In this document: positions 43,216-53,953 of the stretch, piece by piece
Numbering within the stretch: position 1 is the first letter of the stretch
Layout of the letters: the number at the start of each line of letters is the position of its first letter
From: Candidatus Latescibacterota bacterium
GTDB taxonomy: Bacteria > Latescibacterota > UBA2968 > UBA8231
Direction of reading: 5' to 3'
Length of the DNA: 64,000 bases
Assembly (NCBI GenBank): GCA_965206595.1
Contig: OZ242214.1
Coordinates: 6,912,001 to 6,976,000, forward strand
Program-made: the position numbers and the translations under genes
The notes under the pieces: model-generated
The model's database searches: none
The model's input: only the letters and a program-made list of their open reading frames with translations
Told to the model about the DNA's origin: nothing

Positions 43216-44481
43216 CTACCTCCGCTCGAGGATGGTGTAGGTGCAGGTGCCGCCGGTGCCGCCGAGGTTGTGGGCGGCGCCGAAGCGCAGGCCGCCGTTG
43301 CCTGCCTGCCGCTCTCCCGCCTGCTGCCGCAGCTGCTCCCAGATCTCGATCAGCTGCGCCGAGCCGGTGGCCCCCACCGGGTGCCCCTTGCACTTCAGCC
43401 CGCCGGAGGTGTTGACCGGCCTGGCTCCGTCGAGACGGGTCAGGCCGTCGGCGACCGCCCGGCACCCTTGCCCCGGCGGGAAGAAACCGAGGTCCTCGAT
43501 GTGGATCAGCTCGGCTATCGAGAAGCAGTCGTGCACCTCCGCGACCCCGATCTCCTCCGGCCCGATGCCGGCCATGGCGTAAGCCTCGGCCGCCGCGGCC
43601 TGCGTCGCCTCGAAGCTGGTCAGGTCCTCCGCGGCGTGCAGGCCGCGGCCGCTTCCCTGGCCGAGACCGGCGACGTGGAGCGGGGCGTCGGTGAAGCTGG
43701 CCGCCATCTCCTCGCCGACGAGCAGCAGGCAGGCGGCGCCGTCGCTTATCGGGCAGCAGTCGAACAGGTGGATGGGCCAGGCGACGGCGGGGTTGGCCTT
43801 CGCATCCCACAGGAAGTCCTTTTCGTCCGCCCATTCGGGGAGGGGCTGCCCCTTTGCTTTCGCCCGCTCGACCTTCCCCTTCATGATGTCCCCGATCGAG
43901 AGGTTGTACTGCGCCCGGGGATTGAGCGCCGCGTTCTCGTGGCTCTTGATGGTGACGTTCATCAGGTGCTCGCGGCCGGCCCCGTGCTTGTCGAAATAGG
44001 CGGTGGCGATGGTGCCGAAGACCCCGGGAAAGGTGAAACCGGCCTTGCGTTCGTACGGGACCGCGGCCAGGGCGAGCCCCTCGGCCACCTCCGCGGTGGT
44101 GCGCTTCGACATCTCCTCGACGCCGCCGACCAGCACCATGTCGTAGAACCCGGAAGCGATGGCGAACACCCCTTCGCGGAAGGCGAGCGCGCTCGAGGCG
44201 CAGGCCCCCTCGGTGCGCGTCGCCGGCTTCGGCACCAGCCCGATGGCGTCGGACATGATGGCGCTCCAGTGGGACTGCGCGACGAAGTAGTCGTTGGTGA
44301 AGTTGCCGAGGTAGAGAGCGTCGATGTCGCGGGGGTCCACCCCCTTGTCGACCGATGCCAGCGTGGCGGTGAAGGCGTCGGTGAACAGGTCCTTCGAGTC
44401 CCTGTCGTCGAACATGCCGAACTCCGACATGCCGGCGCCGACCACGGCGACGCCCCTGCCCAGCTTTCGTCTCTTTCCCAT
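43216..44481 (-). CDS. Thiolase, SCP-x/archaeal type
   Basis: EGACASS, DCCPISDGAA, EVHDCF, GHPVGATG, HNLGG motifs. Confidence 0.92.
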   Translation of the reverse strand: MGKRRKLGRGVAVVGAGMSEFGMFDDRDSKDLFTDAFTATLASVDKGVDPRDIDALYLGNFTNDYFVAQSHWSAIMSDAIGLVPKPATRTEGACASSALAFREGVFAIASGFYDMVLVGGVEEMSKRTTAEVAEGLALAAVPYERKAGFTFPGVFGTIATAYFDKHGAGREHLMNVTIKSHENAALNPRAQYNLSIGDIMKGKVERAKAKGQPLPEWADEKDFLWDAKANPAVAWPIHLFDCCPISDGAACLLLVGEEMAASFTDAPLHVAGLGQGSGRGLHAAEDLTSFEATQAAAAEAYAMAGIGPEEIGVAEVHDCFSIAELIHIEDLGFFPPGQGCRAVADGLTRLDGARPVNTSGGLKCKGHPVGATGSAQLIEIWEQLRQQAGERQAGNGGLRFGAAHNLGGTGGTCTYTILERR

Positions 44482-44497
44482 TTGCTGCCCCTGTCGG

Positions 44498-46063
44498 TTA
44501 CACGACCTTGCGCTCGCGGCCCTTCCAGTAGCTGTCGCGCAGTTCCCGCTTGAGAATCTTGCCGTAGTTGTTCTTCGGCAGCTCGTCGACGAACTCGACC
44601 GCCCTCGGCTTCTTGTAGCTAGCGATCCGCTCCCTGCAGAAATCGATCAGCTCTTCGGCCGGGACCTCGCGGCCCGGAACGGTGGCGACCACCGCGATCA
44701 CCGCCTCCCCCCATTTCGGGTCGGGCGCCCCGACCACGGCGACCTCGCGCACCGCCGGATGCCGGACGAGGACCTCCTCGATCTCGCGCGGGTAGATGTT
44801 CTCGCCGCCGCTGATGATCAGGTCCTTCGACCGGTCCATCAGGAAGAGGTACCCCCTGTCGTCCATGCAGCCGACGTCCCCGGTGTGCAGCCAGCCGTTC
44901 CTCAGGGTCTCCGCGGTCGCCTCCGGGTCGCGCCAGTACCCCTTCATCACCAGGTCGGAGCGGGTCGCGATCTCCCCCATCCCGCCCGCGGGCAGCTCGT
45001 TGTCTTCGGCGTCGACGATCTTCACCTCGACCTCGGTGCGCGGGATCCCGGCCGATCCGAGACGCGCCAGCTGTTCGGGAGTGCCGTCGGCGACGTGGTC
45101 GCGGTGCGACAGGTAGGAGATCGTCATCGGCGATTCCCCCTGCCCGTAGAGCTGCACTAGACAGGGGCCGAGCCTGCGCAGCGCCGCCTTCGTGTCCTCG
45201 ACCAGCATCGGGGCGCCTCCGTACATCAGCGCCTTCAGGGAGCCGAGGTCGAAGCGGTCGAGCCGCGGGTGGTCGAGCAGCAGCTTGATCATCGTCGGGG
45301 CGGCGAACAGGTTGGTGACCCGGTGCCGCTCGATCAGCTGCAGCACCTCTTCGGCGGCGAACGACCTGCCCGAGGGGATCACGTTGAGGGCCGCCTTGGC
45401 GATGTTGGGCAGGGCGTAGAGGCCGCTGCCGTGGGAGAGGGGGGCGGCGAGCAGGACCACGTCCTCCGGGCTGCAGCCCGGCATCATGTCGGCGTAGAAG
45501 CTCGACGTCATCGCCAGCAGGTTGCGGTGTGTGAGCATCGCCCCCTTTGGCTGCCCGGTGGTGCCGGAGGTGTAGAACAGCCAGGCGACGTCCTCCGTAT
45601 CGACGTCGGCGTCGTCGAACTCCCCGGACCCGGCGGCGAGCAGCTGCTCGTAGTCGAGGACCTCCCCCCCGGTCCCGGCGGTCGCGATCACCCGGGGGGC
45701 GCTTCCAATGAGGTCGGCGACCTCGCGCAACGGCCCGACGAACTCGGGAGACACCAGCACCGCTTTCGCTTCGCTGTGGTCGATTATGTAGGCGAACTCG
45801 CGCGGGTGCAGGCGGAAGTTGATCGGCACCGCGCCGCAGCCGGCCTTGAAGCAGGCGAACATCGACTCCAGCATCTGCGGGCAGTTGTACATCAGCACCG
45901 CGACGTGGTCGCCCCTGCCGACCCCGAGGCGCCCCAGCCCGTTGGCGAGCTGGTTGGCGCGCCGGTTGAACTCCGCGTAGGTCTGCTTCTCGGGCCCCTG
46001 CACGGTGGCCGGGTACTCCGGGAAGCTGCGCGCGGACTTGGTCAGTAACTTGCCGATATTCAT
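44498..46063 (-). CDS. Acyl-CoA synthetase (AMP-binding)
   Basis: YTSGTTGQPKG, YGQGE, WLHTGD, IISGGENIYPREIE motifs. Confidence 0.95.
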   Translation of the reverse strand: MNIGKLLTKSARSFPEYPATVQGPEKQTYAEFNRRANQLANGLGRLGVGRGDHVAVLMYNCPQMLESMFACFKAGCGAVPINFRLHPREFAYIIDHSEAKAVLVSPEFVGPLREVADLIGSAPRVIATAGTGGEVLDYEQLLAAGSGEFDDADVDTEDVAWLFYTSGTTGQPKGAMLTHRNLLAMTSSFYADMMPGCSPEDVVLLAAPLSHGSGLYALPNIAKAALNVIPSGRSFAAEEVLQLIERHRVTNLFAAPTMIKLLLDHPRLDRFDLGSLKALMYGGAPMLVEDTKAALRRLGPCLVQLYGQGESPMTISYLSHRDHVADGTPEQLARLGSAGIPRTEVEVKIVDAEDNELPAGGMGEIATRSDLVMKGYWRDPEATAETLRNGWLHTGDVGCMDDRGYLFLMDRSKDLIISGGENIYPREIEEVLVRHPAVREVAVVGAPDPKWGEAVIAVVATVPGREVPAEELIDFCRERIASYKKPRAVEFVDELPKNNYGKILKRELRDSYWKGRERKVV

Positions 46064-46174
46064 GTCTAGCCGATGCTCCCTGCCCTCAAGCTCCGGCATC
46101 CGCGGGAGGGCGGCAAGTGCTTGACCGGTATGGGCAAAATCGGCTTTGTAGGGCCCCCAAATAGGAGCTTTCCC

Positions 46175-47365
46175 ATGTCGAAGAAATACACCGCGGCCAT
46201 CGTCGGCTGCGGCTCCATCGGCCACGCCCATGTCGAGGGCTACCGGCGCGCCGGCGTCGAGCTGGTCGCCGTCGCCGACCCGGTAGCCGAGGCGCGCCGC
46301 CAGTACATCCGCGAATACGGACCCCTCGAGGAGTTCGGCAGCGTCCACGAGCTGCTCGCCGGGTCTTCCCCCGACATCGTCAGCGTCTGCACCTGGCACC
46401 GGCTGCACCCGGAACCGGTGATCGCCGCGGCCGGTGCCGGAGTCGGGGGGGTGATCTGCGAGAAGCCGATGGCGGTCTGCATGGCCGACGCCGACCGCAT
46501 GGTCGAGGCCTGCGACGGCGGCGGCACCCGGCTCGTCGTCAGTCACCAGCGGCGCTTCACGCGCGGCTGGGAGCGCGCCCGGGAGCTGGTGCAGGAAGGG
46601 GCCATCGGCAAGCCGCTCACCGTCGACAACAAGGTCGGACACGGGCTGTTGAACTGCGGCACCCACACCATCGACGGGGGGCGCTTCGTCCTCGGCGATC
46701 CCGCCCCGGTCTGGGTGATGGGGGCGGTCGAGCGCCGCACCGACCGCCACGAGCGCAACACGCCGATAGAGGACTGCTGCATCGGCCTGGTCCATTTCGA
46801 CAGCGGCGCCCAGATGACGATCCAGTGCGACCTCGACATGGATGGGGCCTCGGCCGGGTCGTTTCTGATCCGCGGCTCCGAGGGAATGATCGCCGCCAGC
46901 GAGGCCAGGGTGTCGCTGTTCAACGGCGAGACCGGCGGCTGGCGCGAGATCGACCTCGGGGAGGAGGAGATCGCCGCCATCGGCGGCAACACCAACGCCG
47001 CCCAGGTGCGCGAGCTGATCGCCTGGATCGAGGGGGGCCCGGAGCACCGCGGCTCCGGGCACCAGGCCCGGATGACCGTCGAGGTCATGATGTCCCTCTA
47101 CGAATCGGCGCGGCGGAACCGGGTCATCCACCTGCCGCTTCAGGAGCGGGAGTACCCGCTTGAGCTGATGATCGCCGCGGGCGAGCTGCCGCTCGAGGAG
47201 GAGGGGCGCTACGACATCCGCGGCTTCCTCAGCTGGGAGGGGGTCGACTCCGGGCGCTTCGACGAGCTGCGCGATGAGGGCCTCGAGCACGGCCAGATCA
47301 TGATGCGGCTGCACGAGGAGAGGGAGCGGGAGCAGGTGCCGGTGGCGGGTGATTCACGGCCTTAA
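46175..47365 (+). CDS. Gfo/Idh/MocA oxidoreductase
   Basis: IVGCGSIG, CEKPMA, HQRRF motifs; AGGAG RBS. Confidence 0.9.
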   Translation: MSKKYTAAIVGCGSIGHAHVEGYRRAGVELVAVADPVAEARRQYIREYGPLEEFGSVHELLAGSSPDIVSVCTWHRLHPEPVIAAAGAGVGGVICEKPMAVCMADADRMVEACDGGGTRLVVSHQRRFTRGWERARELVQEGAIGKPLTVDNKVGHGLLNCGTHTIDGGRFVLGDPAPVWVMGAVERRTDRHERNTPIEDCCIGLVHFDSGAQMTIQCDLDMDGASAGSFLIRGSEGMIAASEARVSLFNGETGGWREIDLGEEEIAAIGGNTNAAQVRELIAWIEGGPEHRGSGHQARMTVEVMMSLYESARRNRVIHLPLQEREYPLELMIAAGELPLEEEGRYDIRGFLSWEGVDSGRFDELRDEGLEHGQIMMRLHEEREREQVPVAGDSRP

Positions 47366-47932
47366 ATGACCTCCGAGCCCCTCCTCTTCCTGGTGACCGG
47401 GCTCCCCTGCAGCGGCAAGACCGGCATCGCCTCCAGGCTGTCGGCCGAGCTCGCGCTCCCCATGCTCGCCAAGGACGACATCAAGGAGGGGCTGTTCGAC
47501 ACCCTTGGATACGGAGGCCGCGAGCGCTCGCTCGAGCTCAGCCGCGCCGCCTATGCGATCCTCTACCGCCAGGTGCGCCGCCTGCTGTCGGCGGGGCTGT
47601 CGCTGATCGCCGAGAGCAACTTCGACCCGGTGCAGGCCTCCGGGCAGCTCGCGGCGATCCGGTCGGACCTCCCCTTCGGCATGTTCCAGATCCAGTGTCA
47701 CGCGGCCGGCCCGGTGCTGGTGGAGCGCTTCCGGCAGCGGATGGAGAAGGGGCGCCACCCCGGGCACGCCGACGCCGAGCTCTTCGCCGAGATCCGCCCC
47801 CGGCTCGAGCGCGGCAGGCTGGGGCTGCTCGATATGGAGGGCGAAAAAATGGAAGTCGATACCACCGATTTTTCAGCCGTCGACCACGACACGCTGGCCG
47901 CCGCGGTGCGCCGCGCCCTGAAAGCCCGTTGA
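47366..47932 (+). CDS. P-loop kinase-like protein (AAA_33)
   Basis: GLPCSGKT, KDDIKE, RHPGH motifs. Confidence 0.8.
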   Translation: MTSEPLLFLVTGLPCSGKTGIASRLSAELALPMLAKDDIKEGLFDTLGYGGRERSLELSRAAYAILYRQVRRLLSAGLSLIAESNFDPVQASGQLAAIRSDLPFGMFQIQCHAAGPVLVERFRQRMEKGRHPGHADAELFAEIRPRLERGRLGLLDMEGEKMEVDTTDFSAVDHDTLAAAVRRALKAR

Positions 47933-47951
47933 CCCGAACCGGGAAAGAGCG

Positions 47952-48764
47952 ATGAACAACCTGCCCGCCATAGAGATCTACTCCATCGGAACCGAGCTGC
48001 TCAACGGCCAGATCCAGGACACCAACTCCTGGTGGATGGCGCGGCAGATCGCCGCTCTCGGGGGGTACGTGCGGCGCATCGCCATACTCGACGACGACGC
48101 GGAGGAGATATCCGGGGTGCTGTCCGACGCCTGCCGCCGCGGCACGCGGATCGCGATCACCAGCGGCGGACTCGGACCGACGCCGGACGACCTCACCGTC
48201 GAGGTGATCGCCGGTATCATGGGGGTGGAGGTCGCCGTCGACGAGAGCCTGGTGGGCCGCTTCATGCGCAGCCGGGGAATCGAAAGGCGGGAGGAGGTCA
48301 ACCCGGGGTTGCTCAAGATGGCGACGATCCCGGAGGGGGCCACGGCGCATCCCAACCCCGCGGGAGTGGCCCCGTGCGTCGAGGTCCGGGTCGGCGGGAC
48401 CACCCTGTTCGCCCTGCCCGGACCGCCGCGCGAGGTGGAGGCCCTTTTCAGGCAGAGCGTCGAGCCGGTGATCGCCGAGCTCTACAGCCGCGCCCGCGTC
48501 TCCCGGCGGGTCGCCGTCAACCTGCCGGAGTCGCAGTGCGGTCCGATCCTGCAGAGCGTCATGGACGAGATGCCCAACACCTACCTGAAGGCGTTCGTCG
48601 CTCTCAGGGAGCGCACCGCGGAGGGGCAGCGGCTTCCGGTCGACATCGTCGCCTGGGGGGACTCGGGAGTGGAAGCGGAGGAGCTGCTAGAACGGGCCCT
48701 GGCGATGTTCGCCGGGCAGGCCGCGGAGAAGGGGAGCGCCATCGAGGCGGTGGAGGGCGGCTGA
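47952..48764 (+). CDS. CinA N-terminal-like molybdopterin-binding domain protein
   Basis: IGTELLNGQIQDTNS, SGGLGPTPDDLT, LPGPPRE motifs. Confidence 0.9.
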   Translation: MNNLPAIEIYSIGTELLNGQIQDTNSWWMARQIAALGGYVRRIAILDDDAEEISGVLSDACRRGTRIAITSGGLGPTPDDLTVEVIAGIMGVEVAVDESLVGRFMRSRGIERREEVNPGLLKMATIPEGATAHPNPAGVAPCVEVRVGGTTLFALPGPPREVEALFRQSVEPVIAELYSRARVSRRVAVNLPESQCGPILQSVMDEMPNTYLKAFVALRERTAEGQRLPVDIVAWGDSGVEAEELLERALAMFAGQAAEKGSAIEAVEGG

Positions 48765-48948
48765 TCCGGGCGGCAAAAATTCGGGGCGAGGCCGGGCTCG
48801 ATCCAAAGCGCGAAGGCCCGTCGAGAAATGGGCGGCGGCGCTCAATCCACGCGCGAGGACAGTTGAGGTCGGGAAGGCCGCTGAGTCCGGTGACCAAGCC
48901 TCGCCAATCCGGGCGCGAATGGCCGGGGGCCAACGTCGGCCCTGGCGC

Positions 48949-49776
48949 TCAATCAGCGGCGCGGACCGCAGGGTCGAGGGCGTCGAAACAGAACTGCGCC
49001 GCGGCCCAGAGATCGTACCCCTCCTTCCCCCAGATCTGCCCGGTGACCTCGGGACAGATGTAGCGGTCCCAACCCGCGGCCTTCACCACCTTCACGTACT
49101 CCTCGAGATCGAGGCCGCCGTCCCCGGGAAGCAGGTAGACGACGCGGCCTTCGGCGTCCCTGTACCCGTCCTTGATGTGGTTGTGCGCCGCCAGCGGCAC
49201 GTTGAGTTCCGCGCAGTGCTCGAGGTCCATCCCCTCCACCCGGAAATGGCTGTAGTCGAAGTTGAGCCGCAAATGCTCGTGAGCGGCGCGCTCGATCAGC
49301 CAGACCGCCTTCTCCGGGGTCTCGAAGTCGCCGCCGGCGTGCGGCTCGATGGCGAGGACGGAGCCGTAGCGGGCTGCCATGTCGGCCACCTCGACCACCA
49401 GCTCGACGATCCGCTCCCTGCCGCTCTCCCAGGGCCGCTCGTGCCCCAGGGTCGACGACACCACCAGCGGCGCGTCGTCGATCTTCAGATCCCGTGCCAG
49501 GGCGAACGAGGCCTCGAACTGCGCCAGGGCGGCGGCGCGCCCCTCCCCCTCGGCGCAGGGCTTGAGCAGCGCCATGATGGCGGGGGTGGGAAAACCGGCG
49601 CTCCGGAAGGCCGCGGCGAGGCGCCGGCGCGCCCCGGCGTCCATGCGGGCCGGCTCGGTCTGCCAGCCGGGCTGCACGGCCAGCTCCATCCCCCGGTACC
49701 CCATGTCGCGCAGGCGCGGCAGGGCCTCGAACACGTCGACGCCCTTCATGCCGTAGGTGCTGTAGTAGAGGTCCAT
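48949..49776 (-). CDS. Sugar phosphate isomerase/epimerase (AP endonuclease 2 TIM barrel)
   Basis: IEPH, NFDYSH, HIKD, PGDG motifs. Confidence 0.88.
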   Translation of the reverse strand: MDLYYSTYGMKGVDVFEALPRLRDMGYRGMELAVQPGWQTEPARMDAGARRRLAAAFRSAGFPTPAIMALLKPCAEGEGRAAALAQFEASFALARDLKIDDAPLVVSSTLGHERPWESGRERIVELVVEVADMAARYGSVLAIEPHAGGDFETPEKAVWLIERAAHEHLRLNFDYSHFRVEGMDLEHCAELNVPLAAHNHIKDGYRDAEGRVVYLLPGDGGLDLEEYVKVVKAAGWDRYICPEVTGQIWGKEGYDLWAAAQFCFDALDPAVRAAD

Positions 49777-49787
49777 CGGGGCCGGTC

Positions 49788-50855
49788 CTATCCCAGGTCG
49801 ACGTCAAAGTCAGCAGGGTCGAGGCCGCTGTCCTCGGCCAGTCCCCGCAGGCTGATCAGCACGTCCTCCGGCATCTCGATCCCCTCGGCGAGCGCCTTCT
49901 CCCGGCGCTCCCACTCCATCTCGCCCGGCAGGAAGATCTCCGCCCCTTCGGCGAGGTCGGCGCTCTTGATCTCCTCCGCCATCGCCGCCATGCGCCCGTG
50001 GAACTCCGCGGCCGGCATGATGGCGCCGACGTCGATGGCGAGGAAGGCATGCCCCTGGTTCGACGGCTCCGGGTCGTCGTACGCCACCCAGCTGTGCACG
50101 CCGCTCATCACCGCGGACCCGCTGAGCACCGCGGTGAGAATCTCGACGAACACCGCCATGCCGTACCCCTTGTGCCCGGCCATCGGCAGCTGCGCCCCCT
50201 TTTCCGGGAAGATCGACGGGTCCGTCGTCGGCACCCCCTCCTCGTCGACCAGCCAGGTGTCGGGAATGGGGCGCCCCTCGTTGCGGGCGGCGAAGATCTT
50301 CGTCGCCGCGACGGCGCTGGTGGCGATGTCGAGCATCACCGTGCGCTCGCCCCCGGTCGGCGCCGCCCAGGCGATCGGGTTGGTCCCGAGGATGCGGCTC
50401 TTGCCCCCCGGCACGGTCATGCAGGGCTCGACGTTGCACATCGACATGCCGAACATGCCGTTCTCGGCGATCATGTTGGCGTAGAACCCGGCGGCCCCGT
50501 AGTGGCTGCTGCCGCGCACCCCGACGTAGGCCATGCCGGTCTCCCCCGCCTTGGCGAGGGCAAGTTGCACGGCGCGAAAGGAAATCGCCGGCGGCATGCC
50601 GTCCCGGGCGTCGACGATCGCCCAGGAGGGTCCCTCGGAGACGACCTCCTCCCTGGCGCCGCCGTCGAGCCGGCCGCTGCGCGCGTTGATCATCAGGCCG
50701 CGGATCTGCCGCGTGCCGTGGGTGAAGGTGCCCCAGGTGTCGGTCTTGACGAACACATGGGCGGAAAGCTCGGCGTCCTCCTGGCCGATGCCGGCCCGGG
50801 TCATGGCGGCGACGCAGAACTTCTCGAGGTCGGCAGCTTGGATCCTGGTGGCCAT
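49788..50855 (-). CDS. Ldh_2 family (malate/L-lactate/L-sulfolactate-type) dehydrogenase
   Basis: THG, SHYGAAG, GTNPIA, DIATS, GHKGYG motifs. Confidence 0.92.
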   Translation of the reverse strand: MATRIQAADLEKFCVAAMTRAGIGQEDAELSAHVFVKTDTWGTFTHGTRQIRGLMINARSGRLDGGAREEVVSEGPSWAIVDARDGMPPAISFRAVQLALAKAGETGMAYVGVRGSSHYGAAGFYANMIAENGMFGMSMCNVEPCMTVPGGKSRILGTNPIAWAAPTGGERTVMLDIATSAVAATKIFAARNEGRPIPDTWLVDEEGVPTTDPSIFPEKGAQLPMAGHKGYGMAVFVEILTAVLSGSAVMSGVHSWVAYDDPEPSNQGHAFLAIDVGAIMPAAEFHGRMAAMAEEIKSADLAEGAEIFLPGEMEWERREKALAEGIEMPEDVLISLRGLAEDSGLDPADFDVDLG

Positions 50856-51282
50856 TCGATGCTCCTGTGGATGCGGAATTCCGGTGCCTGACAGCCGTTG
50901 AAAAAGTCCATCCGGGAAGCGCCGGCCCGTGCGGCTCGGCCTCCCCTTCAGAGCAACTTTACCAACGGGATGCAAAACGAAGCGGGGAGAATCAGGGCCG
51001 CGGCCTCGGCGGGGTCAACTTCCGCGCGGGCGCCATTCAGTCTGCTCGCACGCCGGTCCGGGTTCCCGTTTCTTTCAAGGCCAATGCGATTGTGTCAGGT
51101 TTCTCAGGAACTCGAGCGCGATGGCGATCGCGCGGGAACTCGAGCGCCCCGAAGTTTTGCCTCGGCGCGCGTTTTCCGTATCGAATCGAGCCTCCCGTTC
51201 GACCGGCTGACAACATGACAGGCCACCAGGACTGTTGCGGGAAAACCGCGGCAGGGGTCCGGCAACAGGGAGAAAGGCAGCG

Positions 51283-52830
51283 ATGAAATACGCCTCCAAG
51301 GTACCACAGCGGACCTACGCGGCGCGGTTGGAAGAACAGCTCCGGCAGCTCGAGACGGACGAGCTGACACTCCGCTTCGCCGAATCGCGGCGGCGTCTCT
51401 CATCCGACCGCTACCGCCCGGTCTACCACTACGTCAACCCGGAAGGTCCCTCGAACGATCCCAACGGGTTCTGCAGGTGGCAGGGACGGTTCCACCTGTT
51501 CTATCAGCAGTACCCCCCGGAAGACAGGCGCCAGCACTGGGGCCACGCCGTCAGTGAAGACCTCGTGTACTGGCGGGATCTGCCCATCGCCATCTATCCC
51601 GGCATCGAAGAGAAATGCTACAGCGGCAGCGCCCTCACCGAGGAGGACCGCGTCCTCGCCTGCTACCACGGCACCGGCGCCGGCACGATGATCGCCGAAG
51701 CTTCGGATCCCCTGCTCCTCAACTGGGAGAAGATCCCCGGCAACCCCGTCATCCCGGAGGACGAGACGGCCGCCCCCGGGGACCCCTACTGCATCGGCGA
51801 CCCCTGTCTGTGGAAGGGAGAGAAGGGCTACTACTCCCTGTCGGGATCGCAGCAGGGCACGCGCCTGGTCGACTCGAAGCCGGTTGCCCACCTGTTCTTC
51901 TCCGAGGACCTGCGCCACTGGTCCTACCGGGGCCCGTTCCTGGAAGGGGACGTCTTCACCACCGCCGGCGAGGATTGCGCCGTGCCCTACTTCTGGCCCC
52001 TCGGCGACAAGCACATCCTCGTCTTCGGCAGTCACCAGCGGGGGTCGCAGTACCTGCTCGGCGACTGGGACGAAGAGGCCGGAAGGTTCAGGCCGTTCGC
52101 CCACGACCGTTTCTGTTTCGGCCCGATAAACAACGGCGGCACCAACGCCCCCACGGCCGCGCCGGACGGCGACGGCGGGGTATACATCATGCACATGCTC
52201 AGCTTCGGCCTGGACACCAAAGGCTGGAACGGCATGATGTCCCTGCCGAGCCGGCTCGGCCTGGGGCCGGGCAACACCGTCACCAACGAGCCCGTGGCCG
52301 CACTCGAATCGCTGCGCACCGACCACCGGCGGATCGGTGAAACGACGCTGCCCGCCAACCGCGACGTGCCTCTCGAAGGGGTGCGGGGAAATGCCATGGA
52401 GCTCGTGGCGCGGATCGATCCGAAGGATGCCCGGGAAGTCTGCATCGAGGTGCTGCGCTCTCCCGACGGAGAAGAGACCACGAGCATCCGCTATCTCCGC
52501 AACGGCGGCGCGGTAAAGACGAAAGGGCCGGAAACCTGGCACGACGCGCTCGTAATAGACACCTGCCGCACCTCGGTGCTGCCGGAGGTCCTCGCCCGTC
52601 CACCTGAGACGGCCCGGTTCAAGCTCGAAGACGGCGAGGTCCTAGAGCTGCGGATTTTCATCGACACGAGCATCCTCGAGGTCTTCGCCAACAACCGGCG
52701 CTACATGACCGTGCGAGTGCACCCGGGAGGCGACGACAGCCTCGGGGTCGGCATGCGCGCCCAGGGCAGCGATGCGGTTCTGCTTTCCCTCGATGCCTGG
52801 CGGATGAAGAGTATCTGGGAGAGGCAGTGA
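51283..52830 (+). CDS. Glycoside hydrolase family 32
   Basis: NDPNG, HLFYQ, WGHAVSEDL, GDP, EDC and C-terminal IDTSILEVFAN. Confidence 0.92.
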   Translation: MKYASKVPQRTYAARLEEQLRQLETDELTLRFAESRRRLSSDRYRPVYHYVNPEGPSNDPNGFCRWQGRFHLFYQQYPPEDRRQHWGHAVSEDLVYWRDLPIAIYPGIEEKCYSGSALTEEDRVLACYHGTGAGTMIAEASDPLLLNWEKIPGNPVIPEDETAAPGDPYCIGDPCLWKGEKGYYSLSGSQQGTRLVDSKPVAHLFFSEDLRHWSYRGPFLEGDVFTTAGEDCAVPYFWPLGDKHILVFGSHQRGSQYLLGDWDEEAGRFRPFAHDRFCFGPINNGGTNAPTAAPDGDGGVYIMHMLSFGLDTKGWNGMMSLPSRLGLGPGNTVTNEPVAALESLRTDHRRIGETTLPANRDVPLEGVRGNAMELVARIDPKDAREVCIEVLRSPDGEETTSIRYLRNGGAVKTKGPETWHDALVIDTCRTSVLPEVLARPPETARFKLEDGEVLELRIFIDTSILEVFANNRRYMTVRVHPGGDDSLGVGMRAQGSDAVLLSLDAWRMKSIWERQ

Positions 52831-52978
52831 ACGTCAGCGGGACGGGCGTCCCGACGACTGGCGCTCGCTGCCGGGGCCTCGGCATCAGCGCCGGCTGGGT
52901 CGCCTGGACGAGCCGGGCTTGTCGAAACTCCGCAGGAACTCTCGGCCCACGTTCAGGGCAGCGGATCCTGCCGCCCCT

Positions 52979-53794
52979 TCACGGGCTCGCATAAACCACC
53001 ACGTTTTCGATGGTCCAGCTGCTTGGGCCCACGCCCGAGATGGTGAGATAGGCGCCGTCCCCGATCGCTTCGGGGCACGAAGAGAAAAACCCGGTGATGT
53101 CGGCAGTATCCCGGACCTCACCGTCGAACGTCCACGACAGCGTATCGCCATCATCCGTCAGGTACAGCCCCAGACGGTGCCCGAAAGGGCTCTCCCTGAT
53201 TTCGACTGGGTCGTAGTGACGGACAGCCAGTCCGAGGCACGGTTCCGAAATGAAAATCCTCTGCCGCAGGTATTCCTTGAACGTCGGCATGCGCAAATCC
53301 CACTGCGGGTATCTGTCGTAATCCCCGGGCACCAGCGAACGCACGAGCCACCACTCCAGCCCCCAGTTGTCGATCATGTCGAAATGAAGCTGGACCCCCC
53401 GGCTCTCCCTGGGCTCACACCCGATCTGCCCGTGCCGGTCGGCAATCGTCAGGGCAAAGCCGGTGATGAAATGGGGAGCCAGCGGCTCGATGCCGTGCAC
53501 GATTCCCGACGCCCGCGCCGCCTCCGGATCGAACTCCGGGGCGCGGCGCTGGGAGAACCCGACCAGGTCGACCTCAAACCCGTTGGCACCCTTGAGACCC
53601 GGATTTAGCTGTTTCTCCCGCGTGCCGATTCCCGCCAGGCCGAAGCCATCGGTTTCGGGCGTCAGCCTGCACTGCCCGTTCCCAGCTTCGGCAGTGCCCT
53701 GCCAGTTTATCCAGCGCTTCGTACCGAGGCCATCGGGTGCACCGCACTGTTTCTGGAAGTCGTCCGAAAACTGCACGACCAGGTCCGAAGCCAT
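52979..53794 (-). CDS. Hypothetical protein
   Basis: 271-aa ORF with a purine-rich leader; no family recognised. Confidence 0.55.
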   Translation of the reverse strand: MASDLVVQFSDDFQKQCGAPDGLGTKRWINWQGTAEAGNGQCRLTPETDGFGLAGIGTREKQLNPGLKGANGFEVDLVGFSQRRAPEFDPEAARASGIVHGIEPLAPHFITGFALTIADRHGQIGCEPRESRGVQLHFDMIDNWGLEWWLVRSLVPGDYDRYPQWDLRMPTFKEYLRQRIFISEPCLGLAVRHYDPVEIRESPFGHRLGLYLTDDGDTLSWTFDGEVRDTADITGFFSSCPEAIGDGAYLTISGVGPSSWTIENVVVYASP

Positions 53795-53953
53795 GGCCAG
53801 GCCCCCCCTTGTCCGTCCTTTGTGCCGTTGATTACAGCCGATGGATAGGACAAAATAGGTTGCACCTGATACTGCCTGAAAACCGGGCCGTACCCAACGC
53901 GGCTCATGGTTGCCGGTCTGTCGTCAGCGCTTCATACACCGACGGAGGACACC

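Noticed and set aside
46064-47314. N-terminal extension of the acyl-CoA ligase ORF (938 aa)
   Set aside because: Antisense to the Gfo/Idh/MocA gene.
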